64,000 nucleotides of DNA, taken from Ancylobacter novellus (GTDB taxonomy: Bacteria > Pseudomonadota > Alphaproteobacteria > Rhizobiales > Methylopilaceae). A program made the position numbers and the translations under genes. The stretch is taken from positions 72,954 to 136,953 of the forward strand of contig QFPN01000007.1 in assembly GCA_003241695.1 (NCBI GenBank). The letters are read 5' to 3'. Of this stretch, positions 1 to 10,695 are shown piece by piece; the stretch's first letter is position 1; each line of letters begins with the position of its first letter. The notes beneath the pieces are model-generated. The model saw only the letters and a program-made list of their open reading frames with translations, had not been told where the DNA came from and did no database searches.

Positions 1-1025
1 CAGTCGGGCAGGCCATAGGCCCCGACCGCGCGCAGCACGAGGCCCCGCGCCGTCAGGAAGGCGTCGGCCTCGGCCGCGGTGCGGCCCGCCCCATGCGGAA
101 AGCGGATCAGCAAGAAGTTCGCGACCGAGGGCGCGACCTCGAGCCCGAGCGCCCGCACGCCTTCCGTCAGTTTCACGAGCCATTCGGCGTTGTGGGCGAC
201 CGCGGCGTCGAGATGCGCGCGGTCGGCGACGGCGGCGGCGCCGGCCGCGATTGAGGGTCCCGAGACGTTGAACGGCCCGCGCACCCGGTTCAGCGCGTCG
301 ACCACGCCCGCCGGCCCGTAGAGCCAGCCGATCCGCAGGCTCGCGAGCCCGTAGATCTTGGAGAAGGTGCGGGTCATCACGACGTTTTCAGCGCCCGAGA
401 CCAGCTCGATCCCGGCCGCGTAGTCGTTGGCGCGGACATATTCGGCGTAGGCCGCGTCGAGCACGAGCAGCGTCGTCTTCGGCAGGCCGGCGTGCAGCCG
501 CTTGACCTCGTCGAACGGCAGATAGGTGCCGGTCGGGTTGTTGGGGTTCGCGAGAAAGACGATGCGGGTGCGCTTCGTCACGCGCGCGAGCAGCGCGTCG
601 ACGTCGGCCGTGAGATCCCGCTCCGGCGCGACCACGGGCGTTCCGCCGGCGGCGAGGATCGCGATCCGGTAGACGAGGAAGCCGTGTTCGGTGAACAGGC
701 CCTCGTCGCCCGGCCCGACATAGGCGGCGGCGAGCAGCGACAGCAGTTCGTCGGAGCCCGCTCCGCAGACGATCCGCGCGGGATCGAGCCCGTGGGCGCG
801 CGCGATCGCCTCGCGCAGCGCGCCCGAGGTTCCGTCGGGATACATTTCGAGATGGACGGCCGCGTCGCGAAACGCCTCGATCGCCTTGGGGCTCGGTCCG
901 AGCGGGGTCTCGTTCGAGGACAGCTTGTGGAGGCGGACGCCCGCCGGCGCCTTGGACTTGCCGGGCACATAGGCGTCGATCGCGAGCGCGCCGGGGCGGG
1001 GGGAGGGGACGGTGGAGGCGGTCAT
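1..1025 (-). CDS. hisC: histidinol-phosphate aminotransferase (3' end outside window)
   Basis: Own translation from ATG at 1025: [70 protein letters not shown] (PLP lysine motif). Confidence 0.95.
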   Translation of the reverse strand, partial: MTASTVPSPRPGALAIDAYVPGKSKAPAGVRLHKLSSNETPLGPSPKAIEAFRDAAVHLEMYPDGTSGALREAIARAHGLDPARIVCGAGSDELLSLLAAAYVGPGDEGLFTEHGFLVYRIAILAAGGTPVVAPERDLTADVDALLARVTKRTRIVFLANPNNPTGTYLPFDEVKRLHAGLPKTTLLVLDAAYAEYVRANDYAAGIELVSGAENVVMTRTFSKIYGLASLRIGWLYGPAGVVDALNRVRGPFNVSGPSIAAGAAAVADRAHLDAAVAHNAEWLVKLTEGVRALGLEVAPSVANFLLIRFPHGAGRTAAEADAFLTARGLVLRAVGAYGLPD

Positions 1026-1088
1026 CGGATTCGGCTTGAAGGATAAGGGCTGGAAGAAGTCCGGCTTGCGGTCGAAGGGGCGGCGCCG

Positions 1089-1853
1089 TCAGGGCGCGAT
1101 CGGCGCGGCGTAGCCGCCGAGCGGCCGGGCGCCCTCGGCCGGCGGATGCTCGCCCGCGATCGCGACGAGGCGGAGGCGCCGGCCGTTGCGGATGACGGTC
1201 GCGAGCGTCTCGGCGCCCGCGGGCAGTTCGGCCTCGCCCTCGTCCGTCACCGACCAGACGGTCGTCTCCGCGACGCCCGCGTCGCCGAGCGGGCGGGCGA
1301 TCACCAGCGCCGGCGCCGGCGCGGGATGGCCGCCCGCGGCGAAGAAGGGCAGGCGCGCCATCACCTGCGGCTGGTCGTCGCCGAGCGCGTCCCACCAGAC
1401 CGAGCCGGGCTCTTGATTGATGCGCACCAGCCCGATATCGCCGGTCGAGCCCGCCACCGCCGCGAGCACGCGCTGCGGGGTGCCGTGGCCGACGAGCGGC
1501 ACGTCGAAGCCGACGTGGAAGCGCGCGAGGTCGTGCATCGCGAGCGCGTCCGAGCCCTGCTCGACATGGACCGAGAACGGCGACTGCACATGGGTGAAGG
1601 TTGCGATGATGGTGCGCCAGAGATGCTCGGCGGTCGCGAGCGGCAGCCGTCCCTGGTGGCGCGCGGCGAGGCGGCGCATCATGTCGGCCTCGCGCGCCGG
1701 GCGGAACGCCGAGCCGCCCCCCGAGGCGCTCTTGATCGCGACCAGCCGGTCGATCACCGCGCCGCGCTCCATCAGCAGCAGGTGCATGGCCTCGTCGATC
1801 CGGTCGATCTCACGACGGATCTCGGCGAGGCTGTCTTGCGATGCGTCGGTCAT
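1089..1853 (-). CDS. chorismate mutase family protein (AroQ-type N-terminal domain)
   Basis: LAEIRREIDRIDEAMHLLLMERG..FRPAREADMMRRL; directly upstream of hisC. Confidence 0.9.
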   Translation of the reverse strand: MTDASQDSLAEIRREIDRIDEAMHLLLMERGAVIDRLVAIKSASGGGSAFRPAREADMMRRLAARHQGRLPLATAEHLWRTIIATFTHVQSPFSVHVEQGSDALAMHDLARFHVGFDVPLVGHGTPQRVLAAVAGSTGDIGLVRINQEPGSVWWDALGDDQPQVMARLPFFAAGGHPAPAPALVIARPLGDAGVAETTVWSVTDEGEAELPAGAETLATVIRNGRRLRLVAIAGEHPPAEGARPLGGYAAPIAP

Positions 1854-1989
1854 GGGGAACGGTCCAGGCGGCGGGCCGGGCCGCCCGAGGGCCGGTCCGG
1901 ACTTGAAGGCGCGCCTTCATAGACGAAGCGGGGCCGGCAGGCCAATGCGGCGGCGCAGGCGCCCGGACGGGGCCGCGCCGCGCCGTCGA

Positions 1990-2604
1990 TCAGTATCTCC
2001 CGTGCTTCTCGTCGGCCGCCGGGGCATCGTGGTCGGCGACCTCCTCGGTCTCGTCGGTCTTGTGCCTCTTGTGCAACGCATGGGTCTTGGCCTCGACGTA
2101 ATGGGCGTGGTCGCTGATCCAGTCCGACATCGCGAGCAGGATGCCGGAGGACACGAACACGACGTGGACGACGGTCATCCACCACAGGTCGCGGTCGTTG
2201 GCCGAGCCGATGTCCATGAAGGCCTTGAGCAGCTGGATCGCCGAGATCGCCACGATCGAGGCGATGAGCTTCAGCTTGAGGCCGGAGAAGTCGATCTTGC
2301 CCATCCATTCGGGCCGCTCGCTCTGGTCCTTGAGGTCCATGCGCGAGACGAAGTTCTCGTAGCCCGAGAAGATCACGAGCAGCACGAGGTTCGCGGTGAG
2401 CGACAGGTCGATCAGCGACAGCACGCCGAGGATGACCTCGCTCTCCTTGGCGGAGAACACGCCCTCGACGAAGTGCAGCAGCTCCTGCCCGAACTTGAGC
2501 AGCAGCACCACGAGGCCGATGACCAGCCCGACATAGAACGGCGCCATCAGCCAGCGGCTGGCGAAGAGCCCCCGCTCGAGCGTGCGTTCGATCCTGGTCG
2601 TCAT
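1990..2604 (-). CDS. TIGR00645/UPF0114 (YqhA-like) inner-membrane protein
   Basis: FASRWLMAPFYVGL..LSLIDLSLTANLVLLVIFSGYENFVSR..LKLKLIASIVAISAIQLL. Confidence 0.9.
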   Translation of the reverse strand: MTTRIERTLERGLFASRWLMAPFYVGLVIGLVVLLLKFGQELLHFVEGVFSAKESEVILGVLSLIDLSLTANLVLLVIFSGYENFVSRMDLKDQSERPEWMGKIDFSGLKLKLIASIVAISAIQLLKAFMDIGSANDRDLWWMTVVHVVFVSSGILLAMSDWISDHAHYVEAKTHALHKRHKTDETEEVADHDAPAADEKHGRY

Positions 2605-2728
2605 GGCCGTCCCTGAAAGATCATGTCCCTGCGAGCGCATTCGCATGCGCGGCCGTCACGGGCAAGCAGCCTTTGCTGCAGCGCGAAAAGATGATCGCGC
2701 GCCGGCGTCCGGGACGGCGCGCCGGCGA

Positions 2729-3028
2729 TCACGGCTCGACGCCGACGAGGCGGCGGCGCCGGCGGCCGAGCGCCATGAACAGGACGCCGACGACGATGAG
2801 CACGGCGGCGGTCGGCTGGGCCAGGACCCAGTCGAGCGGCCCCTGCGCGGCGCCCGCCGCCTCGCGGAGCTTCGCGAGCGTGTCGGGCGAGACGGCGCCC
2901 CAGGACGCGGCGAGCGGCGTGAAGTCGATCGATCCGGAGGCGATCGCCCGCGTGCCGTCGATGACGAGGGCGACGAAGCCGCCCGCGAGGATGAGGAAGC
3001 CGAGGAGGCGGAACAGGAACCGGATCAT
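2729..3028 (-). CDS. small membrane protein of unknown function
   Basis: 99 aa with two hydrophobic segments, GGAGG-free but host-like codon usage. Confidence 0.7.
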   Translation of the reverse strand: MIRFLFRLLGFLILAGGFVALVIDGTRAIASGSIDFTPLAASWGAVSPDTLAKLREAAGAAQGPLDWVLAQPTAAVLIVVGVLFMALGRRRRRLVGVEP

Positions 3029-3200
3029 GGAGGCGTCACATGGCGTCGGAAGGTCGTTTGGCGAGAGGCGGCGCGTCGGCCGCGAAGCGCGCGGCCCCTG
3101 CGCGCCGGAAGGATGCGACGCCCGGCCGCCGAGAGCAATCCGCGCCGCACGATCTGCGGCCTTGTCGTGGCCTGCGCACTTTGCTAACTCCGGCCGCTCC

Positions 3201-3290
3201 GGAGGGGTGGCCGAGTGGTTGAAGGCGCACGCCTGGAAAGTGTGTATACGGGCAACCGTATCGCGGGTTCGAATCCCGCTCCCTCCGCCA
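3201..3290 (+). tRNA. tRNA-Ser(GGA)
   Basis: GGAGGGG acceptor stem, anticodon arm CACGC-CT-GGA-AA-GTGTG, long variable arm, GGTTCGAATCC T-loop, encoded CCA. Confidence 0.97.
3277..3290 (+). repeat. attL core CGCTCCCTCCGCCA
   Basis: 3' end of the tRNA, identical to 55964-55977. Confidence 0.92.
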
Positions 3291-3403
3291 ATTATTCCTA
3301 TACCATCATCTTTAACGGCCGCTTTTGCTTAGATCATGTAGCGATCTTGGCTCAAGGGGTCTTCCAGATCGGTCCACGATCTTACCCGGACATCCGGCGC
3401 TTT

Positions 3404-3423
3404 ACCGGGTAAAAAGCCGGGTA
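3404..3423 (+). repeat. putative integrase arm-type site ACCGGGTAAAAAGCCGGGTA
   Basis: Identical 20-mer at 55893-55912; further CCGGGTA copies at 3438-3444 and inverted at 3383-3389. Confidence 0.75.
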
Positions 3424-3457
3424 GAAGGGGCGTCGGACCGGGTATAGGAGCCGAGCG

Positions 3458-4705
3458 GTGATGCCTCTCACCGATGTCCAGATCCGCAAGGCGAAGCCGG
3501 CGGAAAAGCCCTACAAGCTCAACGACGGAAACGGCCTGCACCTCTATGTGTCGGCTGCAGGTGGTAAGACCTGGCGCTACCGCTACGAATTTGAGGGCAA
3601 GGAACTGCTCCTCACCATCGGGCGATACCCCGCCATTTCGCTTGCCGACGCTCGCGAGGAACGTGCCGCAGCGCGAGCTGCGCTCAAGGCCGGCCGGAAC
3701 CCGACGGCGGAGAAGCAACGCATAAGGTCCAAGGCGACCGTCAACTCCGAGCCGGAGCCGTCCGGCCCGACTTTCGAGGCCGTCGCCCGCGAGTGGTACG
3801 ACCTCAACAAGGGACAGTGGACCGACACGCATTCGGGAGACGTCCTGCGGAGCCTGGAGAAAGACATCTTTCCCGGCCTCGGCGACAAGCCTATCGCGTC
3901 CCTCGACGCGCCGACGACGCTCGGCGAACTGAGGAAGATCGAAGCGCGCGGCGCGGTGGAGACGGCGAGGCGGATCCGCCAGCGGATGTCGGCCGTGTTC
4001 GCCTACGCCATTGCCTCGGGGATCGCGACGCACGATCCGGCGGCGCAGGTGACGAAGGCCATGGCCCCGATCGTCCGAAAGGGGCGACAGCCGGCAATCA
4101 CCGATCTGGAAGGCGTGCAGGAAGTTCTCAGGAGAGGGGAGGGGGCGCCGGCGCATCCGGTGACGAAGCTCGCTCTCCGTCTGCTTGCGCTCACGGCTAT
4201 TCGCCCGGGGGAATTGCGAGGGGCGCGATGGGACGAACTACAGGATCTCGACGGCAGGAGCCCTCGGTGGGTCATCCCGGCGGAACGAATGAAGATGAAG
4301 AAGGAGCACGAGGTTCCGCTCTCACGCCAGGCAGTCGATGCGATCAAGGCGCTAAAGCCGCTGTCGGGCCGGGGCGTGCTTCTCTTTCCGATGTCCCGGC
4401 ACGCGCATAAGCCGCTGTCCGAGAACGCGATCGGCTATCTGCTGAACCGGGCCGGGTATCACGGCCGCCACGTCCCGCACGGCTGGCGCGCGGCGTTCTC
4501 GACCATCATGAACGAGCGGTTCCCGGCGGACAGGCCGATCATCGACCTGATGCTCGCCCACTCGCCGAAGGACAAGGTCGAGGGTGCCTATAACCGCGCT
4601 GAGCACATGGATCGTCGGCGCGAACTCGCGCAGCTATGGGCCGACCTCCTGATGGTGAAGCAGGCCTCGACGGACGAGATCCTGTCAGCCCTGCGGCATG
4701 GATGA
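3458..4705 (+). CDS. P4-like tyrosine integrase with N-terminal arm-binding domain
   Basis: MPLTDVQIRKAKP..KPYKLNDGNGLHL; catalytic R (AIRPGEL), HGWR, LAH, AYNR. Confidence 0.96.
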   Translation: MMPLTDVQIRKAKPAEKPYKLNDGNGLHLYVSAAGGKTWRYRYEFEGKELLLTIGRYPAISLADAREERAAARAALKAGRNPTAEKQRIRSKATVNSEPEPSGPTFEAVAREWYDLNKGQWTDTHSGDVLRSLEKDIFPGLGDKPIASLDAPTTLGELRKIEARGAVETARRIRQRMSAVFAYAIASGIATHDPAAQVTKAMAPIVRKGRQPAITDLEGVQEVLRRGEGAPAHPVTKLALRLLALTAIRPGELRGARWDELQDLDGRSPRWVIPAERMKMKKEHEVPLSRQAVDAIKALKPLSGRGVLLFPMSRHAHKPLSENAIGYLLNRAGYHGRHVPHGWRAAFSTIMNERFPADRPIIDLMLAHSPKDKVEGAYNRAEHMDRRRELAQLWADLLMVKQASTDEILSALRHG

Positions 4706-5560
4706 GCGGATCTCGTGGAGCCAGACGGACAGATTCTTTGTCATCTCGGTCGGTGATTGGCAGGCCTCGAACGCGGACATACGATCGATTTTTCTTAACG
4801 AAAAATCCCTTTTGGCCCCTTCACTGCGCAATCCATCGTTCCGCAAGGATGTGCATGTCCCGGCAATCAATCGATCCCAGTAATCGTGCCTATCCAAACC
4901 AAGCTCTTGGTAGCTGAGCACGCGCTCCGGAAATCTGCGGGCATAAAGGGGATACCAGTCCAACCTGCGCTCAAGGTGCGTCATCTCTTGCTGGACACCA
5001 GAAAGACGCGCAAATATTTGCGGATCGCGATATCCCTCGAGGACAAACCCAACTAATCGATGTAGCGCGCCATCATCGTACGCGTACCAATCTTCCCCGG
5101 CACGGGCCCCGAGCTCAGCCAACATCACGAGAGGGAGAGCGGAAAAATCATGATACATCCAAGCCCTCCGGCCCCGGCGAGCCTCCTTCGTCAGGTGCCC
5201 ATCTCGCTGAATGTCAAGTCGGCTTTTTCGATAAGCTTCGCGCGCATGATCGATCAGCGCGTCGTCCTTAAGCGCTCGGCCTACGGCACCAACACTGAAA
5301 GCTGACCAATAAAAATGATTGTTCCTTCGGTCCGGACGAACGTCAGGTGCCATTGAAACCCCTGCTGCAAGATCGTGCAGCCATGGCCTGATTGCTTCCT
5401 TTTCCTTTTCAGGAATGTCAGCCTCGGCTCTTAAGTAGGCCATGGCGGCAGCGGCTGTTGCCCACCGCCGAATAAAGCGCCCCTGTACGGTCGTTGGCGG
5501 CTGGATCATTGAGCGTTGTCGCGCCCAATCTGAGAGCCAAGCGCCAACGCACGCGCCTGC
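4685..5560 (-). pseudogene. alginate lyase (AlgL/PL5-like), probably 5'-truncated
   Basis: WLSDWA..QGRFIRRW..AMAYL, NNHFYW and YHDFSALPLVMLAE motifs; no signal peptide and the ORF N-terminus overlaps the AraC gene. Confidence 0.65.
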
Positions 5561-5682
5561 GCCGGGCCGCCACGCCATCCCGCGCCTTTCGCCCGGTCGG
5601 AATGCCAGGTCGACCCGCAACCGCTGTCCTGCGCGGGCGCGGCGGATATGGACGGCGTTCGCGCCCCGTAGCGTGAAGGAAT

Positions 5683-6654
5683 TCAGATCGATCGACGCCA
5701 GAGGCTCGGCGGTGCGCCGGTCCAGCGGCAAAATGCGCGGGAGAAATGTGCGACGTCCTGATAACCAAGTCGAATAGCGGTCTCCGTGACAGAGCGTCCG
5801 GAGCTAAGCATGTCCTTCGAGGCGTCCAGATCCGACTCTGTCGAGAGCGCTGAGAACGTCCGCCCCGACCGGGAAAGCTTTCGCTGTAGAGTGCGCCGCG
5901 TCATGCCAAGGCGGGCCGCGACGGCGGCGACGCCAAAACGGCCAGCGTCCCGCTCGAGCCCGATCATCAGGCGGACGACTTCGGGAAGATCATCTTCGGC
6001 GGGCACATCAATGGACCGATCCTCAACGGGAGGAACGTCGGGAGCGGGGCATTCCAACCAGGAGACGGGAAACACGAGCGCGGCCTTCGGCCCGACGTGG
6101 ATTTCGCTTCGGAAGGCTTGTTCGATCTGGGCCTTTCCTGCGAGCGATCCCGGAATTTCGATATGGCCAGGGCACCAGCGAGGCCCGGCAAACTTGCGCA
6201 CCAAGGTGAGCATGTAGCCGAGCGCAAGCAGCTCGTTCTTCTGCCGCCCAAGCGTCAGCGGCGCCGTTATTTCATAAGACCAGACCGCCATGCCGTCGCG
6301 AAATCGCAGTTCCGTCAGCGTAGCGGCTTGCAGGAGGCGACCATATTCGAGATAGGCGAGCGACAGCGCAGCTCCGAGGTCCGGAAAGGAGAGGATACGC
6401 CGGCCGTAGGGCCCGAGCCCGTCGAGCCCGGCCCGGAGCGAAAGCCGCGCCGGTAGGGCGTCGTCCCCAATCAACCGCGCAGCGCGTTCGACAAGCCGGA
6501 ACTGATCTTTCAGCAGGATGATCGCATCCGGCCGCTCGAGCAAAGCGATCGGCAGATCCGCGTCGCGGAACAGACGCCGCGCCGAGCCTCCTGCCTCCTC
6601 CACCGCTTCCACGACGGGGCCCATCGTGCTCGCGCGGGTCAGCGCCAGCGTCAC
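5683..6654 (-). CDS. AraC-family transcriptional regulator
   Basis: VAARLGMTRRTLQRKL..SVTETAIRLGYQDVAHFSRAFCRWTGAPPS. Confidence 0.92.
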   Translation of the reverse strand: MTLALTRASTMGPVVEAVEEAGGSARRLFRDADLPIALLERPDAIILLKDQFRLVERAARLIGDDALPARLSLRAGLDGLGPYGRRILSFPDLGAALSLAYLEYGRLLQAATLTELRFRDGMAVWSYEITAPLTLGRQKNELLALGYMLTLVRKFAGPRWCPGHIEIPGSLAGKAQIEQAFRSEIHVGPKAALVFPVSWLECPAPDVPPVEDRSIDVPAEDDLPEVVRLMIGLERDAGRFGVAAVAARLGMTRRTLQRKLSRSGRTFSALSTESDLDASKDMLSSGRSVTETAIRLGYQDVAHFSRAFCRWTGAPPSLWRRSI

Positions 6655-6762
6655 CGCACCCTCCCGGCCGGCGACGATTGGCGCGAAATGGCAAGCGAGC
6701 GACCCGGCGCGCTCCTAGCCTTCCCCACGTCGCGCGCTTCGGGACGCTCAGGGGAGGACGAA

Positions 6763-7197
6763 ATGTCCGAATATCGCTTTGACGATCGCAACATCACGTG
6801 GCGGACCATCGAGGGGTTCGACAACATCGCCTATCATATTCTCAGCGTCGATGAAGAGACTCGGATTGTCGATCTGCTCTTCAAGTTCTCCGCCAACGGA
6901 AAGATCGCTCTTCATCGTCATATGGCAGACTACAAGACGCTCGTGCTTCAGGGCGAGCTGCGGATTTATCAGCCGAACGGGGATCTCAAGGAAATTCGGC
7001 CCGTCGGGAGCTACGTGTCGGCTAAGGCAGGCGGAGAGCCGCACACAGAGGGCGGAGGCGATCGCGACGCGATCGTGTACTTCACCAACCGGAACGTAGA
7101 CGGGCCGGTCTATGAGATCCTGGGCCCCGCGAACGAGATTGTCGCGACGTTCGGAATCCCGGAGTTCAAGGCGCTTTTCGACACGCAGGCCGATTAG
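6763..7197 (+). CDS. cupin-domain protein
   Basis: GGAGG RBS; LHRH..LVLQGEL..EPHTEG cupin metal motifs; divergent from AraC. Confidence 0.8.
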   Translation: MSEYRFDDRNITWRTIEGFDNIAYHILSVDEETRIVDLLFKFSANGKIALHRHMADYKTLVLQGELRIYQPNGDLKEIRPVGSYVSAKAGGEPHTEGGGDRDAIVYFTNRNVDGPVYEILGPANEIVATFGIPEFKALFDTQAD

Positions 7198-7315
7198 GAG
7201 CGGCCGCCCTGCACGGCCGCAGCGCTTACCGACCCCGACGGAAGGCGCATGGCCGCCGCGTCGCGCCGGCGCATCTGTCCCGAGCTGTCACAGGCAAGGA
7301 AAGCGAGGCAAGCAC

Positions 7316-7597
7316 ATGGGCGACATCTCTCACGCCAAAGGCCCGGCTGTTCACCAGACCGTTCATCTGACGCTCGAGAACGAAAGCGCGAGCGCGGCCT
7401 CCGAGCTTCACGGGCGCATCACGCATGTCGGGCTTCTGGAGGTGACGGCGTCGTTCCTGACGACGACCGGCCCATTCACGGCGACGCTCGCTCATGACTG
7501 GTTCGTGCCGGCGGACGCCTCGAACGAATGGAACGTTCGCGCCCGCATGGCGGCTGTCGATCCCGCTCCGGCCGAGCCGCGGGCAGCTTCAAGATGA
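7316..7597 (+). CDS. hypothetical protein
   Basis: 93 aa ORF with GAGG upstream; no recognised motif. Confidence 0.45.
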   Translation: MGDISHAKGPAVHQTVHLTLENESASAASELHGRITHVGLLEVTASFLTTTGPFTATLAHDWFVPADASNEWNVRARMAAVDPAPAEPRAASR

Positions 7598-7665
7598 AAA
7601 GCCGCCGGCTGGCGCTCGTCTTAACCGAGGCGGCCGGAGAAGCTCCGGCCGCCCAGGGAGCCAAA

Positions 7666-8118
7666 TTACGCCGCCTTGCGGGACTTCTTGGCCGGCGCTG
7701 CAGCAGGAGCCGCCTTCGCCGCCGAGCGCTGCTGTCCCAGACCCATCTTCTTGGCGAGCTCGGAACGTGCGGCCGCATAGTTCGGCGCGACCATCGGATA
7801 GTCGGAGGGCAGGCCCCACTTCGCGCGATAATCCTCAGGCGTCATGTCGTACTTGGTGCTGAGATGACGCTTCAGCGATTTGAACTGCTTTCCGTCTTCA
7901 AGGCAGACGATGTAGTCGGGCGTCACCGACTTCTTGATCGGCACGGCGGGCTTCAGCTCCGCGACGGGCTCCACAGCCTTCGCACTTCCGACAGTGCTCA
8001 GCGCTGAGTGAACCGACTGTATGAGGCCCGGAAGATCGGCCGGCGCGACGGAATTGTTTCCGACATACGCGCTGACGACGTCAGCAGTGAGCATGACAAC
8101 GTCCGATTGATCGTCCAT
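7666..8118 (-). CDS. mucR: MucR/Ros family transcriptional regulator
   Basis: [75 protein letters not shown]. Confidence 0.96.
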   Translation of the reverse strand: MDDQSDVVMLTADVVSAYVGNNSVAPADLPGLIQSVHSALSTVGSAKAVEPVAELKPAVPIKKSVTPDYIVCLEDGKQFKSLKRHLSTKYDMTPEDYRAKWGLPSDYPMVAPNYAAARSELAKKMGLGQQRSAAKAAPAAAPAKKSRKAA

Positions 8119-8269
8119 GGTAATGCCTTTCAGATGTACTTTTCCTGATCGCTCACATGCGCCTGTTTGCGCATCAAATCAATACTGGATGGCGACATAA
8201 CTCGAGACGATATGCTCGTTTGACAGTGATTTGATTTATTTTGCGAGGGTCACAGGGAGCGGAAAGACC

Positions 8270-8515
8270 ATGCGCGGAAGTCTTCTAATCGCGGCGACAT
8301 CCATCCTCGCCCTCTCGATTGCGACAGCCGACGCGCGGAATACGCCCTGTTCCGGAAAGAAGGGCGGCGTCAAAGGATGCCTGGGCGAGAAGTTCCTTTG
8401 CAACGACGGCACCACGAGCGCCTCGAAGCGGACGTGTTCTCGGGGCGAGGCGGCCGGGACGATCGACGACGATCGTGAGCCGCCGCGGTCAAGACGGCCG
8501 GCGGGCTCCGAATGA
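8270..8515 (+). CDS. small secreted Cys-rich protein (YdcA-like)
   Basis: Signal peptide followed by [34 protein letters not shown]. Confidence 0.75.
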   Translation: MRGSLLIAATSILALSIATADARNTPCSGKKGGVKGCLGEKFLCNDGTTSASKRTCSRGEAAGTIDDDREPPRSRRPAGSE

Positions 8516-9003
8516 GAAGCGGGGTCGTCGCGGCCGTGCTCCTGATCGCCAGCGTGCCGGCCCTCGCGGGAGAGTTAGCCGGCCGGGCGACTGTGGTCGA
8601 TGGCGATACGATTTACGTCGAAGGCGTCGCGAAGAACGTCCGGCTGTTCGGCATGGACGCGCCGGAGCGCGGCCAGATCTGCGCCGACGGCGCTGGAAAG
8701 CGGTTCCTCTGCGGCGTGCGCGCCGCGACGGAGCTCGCGGCAATCATCGGCCGGAACGGGCGCGTAGCGTGCCGTGAGGTCGATCGGGACCGATGGGGCC
8801 GCCCCGTCGCGATATGCCGCCTTGGAAGCGTCGACCTGTCCGCCGAGATGATCCGGCGCGGTTGGGCCGTCGACTTCGTGCGCTATTCCCGCGGGCGCTA
8901 TGAGGCCGAGCAGGACGCGGCCCAGGTCGCCGGCGCGGGGCTTTGGGCGGGCGACTTCGAAGTGCCTTGGGAATGGCGAAAAATCCGCCGGATCAGCCAA
9001 TAA
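8512..9003 (+). CDS. secreted thermonuclease (SNase) family protein
   Basis: Signal peptide; [35 protein letters not shown] overlap with the upstream gene. Confidence 0.93.
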   Translation: MRSGVVAAVLLIASVPALAGELAGRATVVDGDTIYVEGVAKNVRLFGMDAPERGQICADGAGKRFLCGVRAATELAAIIGRNGRVACREVDRDRWGRPVAICRLGSVDLSAEMIRRGWAVDFVRYSRGRYEAEQDAAQVAGAGLWAGDFEVPWEWRKIRRISQ

Positions 9004-9125
9004 GGCATCAACATAGCCTTCGGGGCAGTGAGCAGATGCCGCCAAGCACATACGCGGTAATGCTGATGCGGACCTTTGAACTACAATCTAGCTTCGCATC
9101 TCGTCAGCCTTTTCGGAGCTCTGCT

Positions 9126-9566
9126 ATGTCCTCGCTTTTCCGGTCGTTCGCTGTCTTTTCATTGGTCCTTGCCGCCGCGAGTTCCCCGCCTTCCGTTCGA
9201 GCCCAGAGCTTAGCTGATCTAAACGAGGCATACGTCGACACGGTTTTGGCGATAGGAACATTCACCTCGGCGTCACAAGATGTCGCCGTCTACACTGTCC
9301 CGGCAAAAAGACGGCTTCGTCTGACCGACGTGATCATGACGAATACGAGCGGCGGAGTTTGTGACTATCGTATCTTTGTTGGAAACGGTGAAACAAATGA
9401 GTTTACAGTCCAGCCTCGATCTACGCTTAAACTAGAATTTAATACGGGACTGCTTTTTGTTGGACCTACAAATGTCACGATACGCAACACTCCAAGATTT
9501 GGCGGGGTAACGCCTTGTGGCCTTGTAACAATTACCGGCCTCTTAACTCGCGAACGTAGAAACTAA
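9126..9566 (+). CDS. hypothetical secreted protein
   Basis: Signal-peptide-like N-terminus (..VRA|QS), beta-rich, lower GC than flanks. Confidence 0.6.
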   Translation: MSSLFRSFAVFSLVLAAASSPPSVRAQSLADLNEAYVDTVLAIGTFTSASQDVAVYTVPAKRRLRLTDVIMTNTSGGVCDYRIFVGNGETNEFTVQPRSTLKLEFNTGLLFVGPTNVTIRNTPRFGGVTPCGLVTITGLLTRERRN

Positions 9567-9601
9567 CGCTTTTAGGCGCGTGAAGGTGGACAGCGAAACT
9601 G

Positions 9602-10351
9602 TCAAAAATTAAGCGTGAGCGTGGTCGCCCCGCTGTCCGCCTTGGCCCCTCGCGCCACAATCACGAGGGAGTCGTCCGGCAACGGCCGCTGCAGCGCCTT
9701 CGCCTCTTCCCACGGCGCCCGCAGCCAGATGTCGATCTCTTCCCGTGTCGTCAGGATGACCGGCATGGCCTTCGGATGGATCGGCGCGACGACTGCGTTC
9801 GGCTCCGTCGTGAGGAAGCCGTAGAGGTCCAGGTCGGCCTCCCAGCCCTTCGACGCCTTGCGGACGCAGGACCACGTCGTCCAGAGGCCGGCGAAGACGC
9901 ACAGCGGCCGATCCTCGGACAGAGCGAACCACGTCGGCGAGAACTTGCCGTCCGGCCCGCGCTCGTACTCGCTGAACGACGTCATCGGCACGACGCAGCG
10001 GTGCTCGAGGCCGAGCCACCGGGTCCAGTGCTTCGACGAGACATTGCGGATGTTTGTGGTCCCGCCGTCCGGCTCCATCTTCAGCAGATCGTCGAAGTCG
10101 ACGTCCTTGCCTTTGGCGCGGAGCTTGTCGGCCCGGTTCTTGGCGGCGTCGAAAAGAGCCTTCTGGGACGAAGGCATGCCCCACCGCGCCAGCACGAGTT
10201 CGCGGCCCTCCGCGCCGTTGCGGACGATCGGGGCCTCATAGTCCGGAAAGATGCCTGGCATCGGCGGCAGGTTGCCGGCGCGGTCGACCATCGCCCGCGT
10301 CAGCTCGCGGATCGCCGCCTGCCCCTTGCTGAGCGAATACAGATTGCACAC
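9602..10351 (-). CDS. SOS response-associated peptidase (SRAP/YedK, HMCES-like)
   Basis: GTG start gives MCNLYS (catalytic Cys2); [36 protein letters not shown]. Confidence 0.93.
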   Translation of the reverse strand: MCNLYSLSKGQAAIRELTRAMVDRAGNLPPMPGIFPDYEAPIVRNGAEGRELVLARWGMPSSQKALFDAAKNRADKLRAKGKDVDFDDLLKMEPDGGTTNIRNVSSKHWTRWLGLEHRCVVPMTSFSEYERGPDGKFSPTWFALSEDRPLCVFAGLWTTWSCVRKASKGWEADLDLYGFLTTEPNAVVAPIHPKAMPVILTTREEIDIWLRAPWEEAKALQRPLPDDSLVIVARGAKADSGATTLTLNF

Positions 10352-10356
10352 GCGCC

Positions 10357-10695
10357 CTACTCCGCCGCGTCCTTCGGCTTGTCGTTCGCTCCGCCCTTGA
10401 TCACGCGAAGGCGGGCGAGACCTGGAGGGAGATCGGGCGGCAGTTTCGGACCGGCAAGGTCGGGCAGATAAGCCTTGCAGTTTGGGACATATTTGCGCTC
10501 GCGCCGCCGCGGCGTCTCCGATCGATACGGACAGTCGCGGGAGACGTCGAGCACGACCTCCTCGAGCGACGCCTCCGACCCGAGCCGGGCCGCCAGCCGC
10601 GCCAGCCGATAGGCGCCGCGCCGCGGACATTGCACGCACGCAATGCGGACGATCACCCACGGATAGCCAGAGAGCCGATCCGAGACGTCGTTCAC
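10357..10695 (-). CDS. small putative Zn-binding protein
   Basis: [22 protein letters not shown]; translationally coupled into the SRAP operon. Confidence 0.7.
   Translation of the reverse strand: MNDVSDRLSGYPWVIVRIACVQCPRRGAYRLARLAARLGSEASLEEVVLDVSRDCPYRSETPRRRERKYVPNCKAYLPDLAGPKLPPDLPPGLARLRVIKGGANDKPKDAAE

Noticed and set aside
388..1395. 335-aa minus ORF from the track
   Set aside because: Arg/Gly/Pro-rich alternative frame over hisC and chorismate mutase; the true hisC frame starts at 1025.
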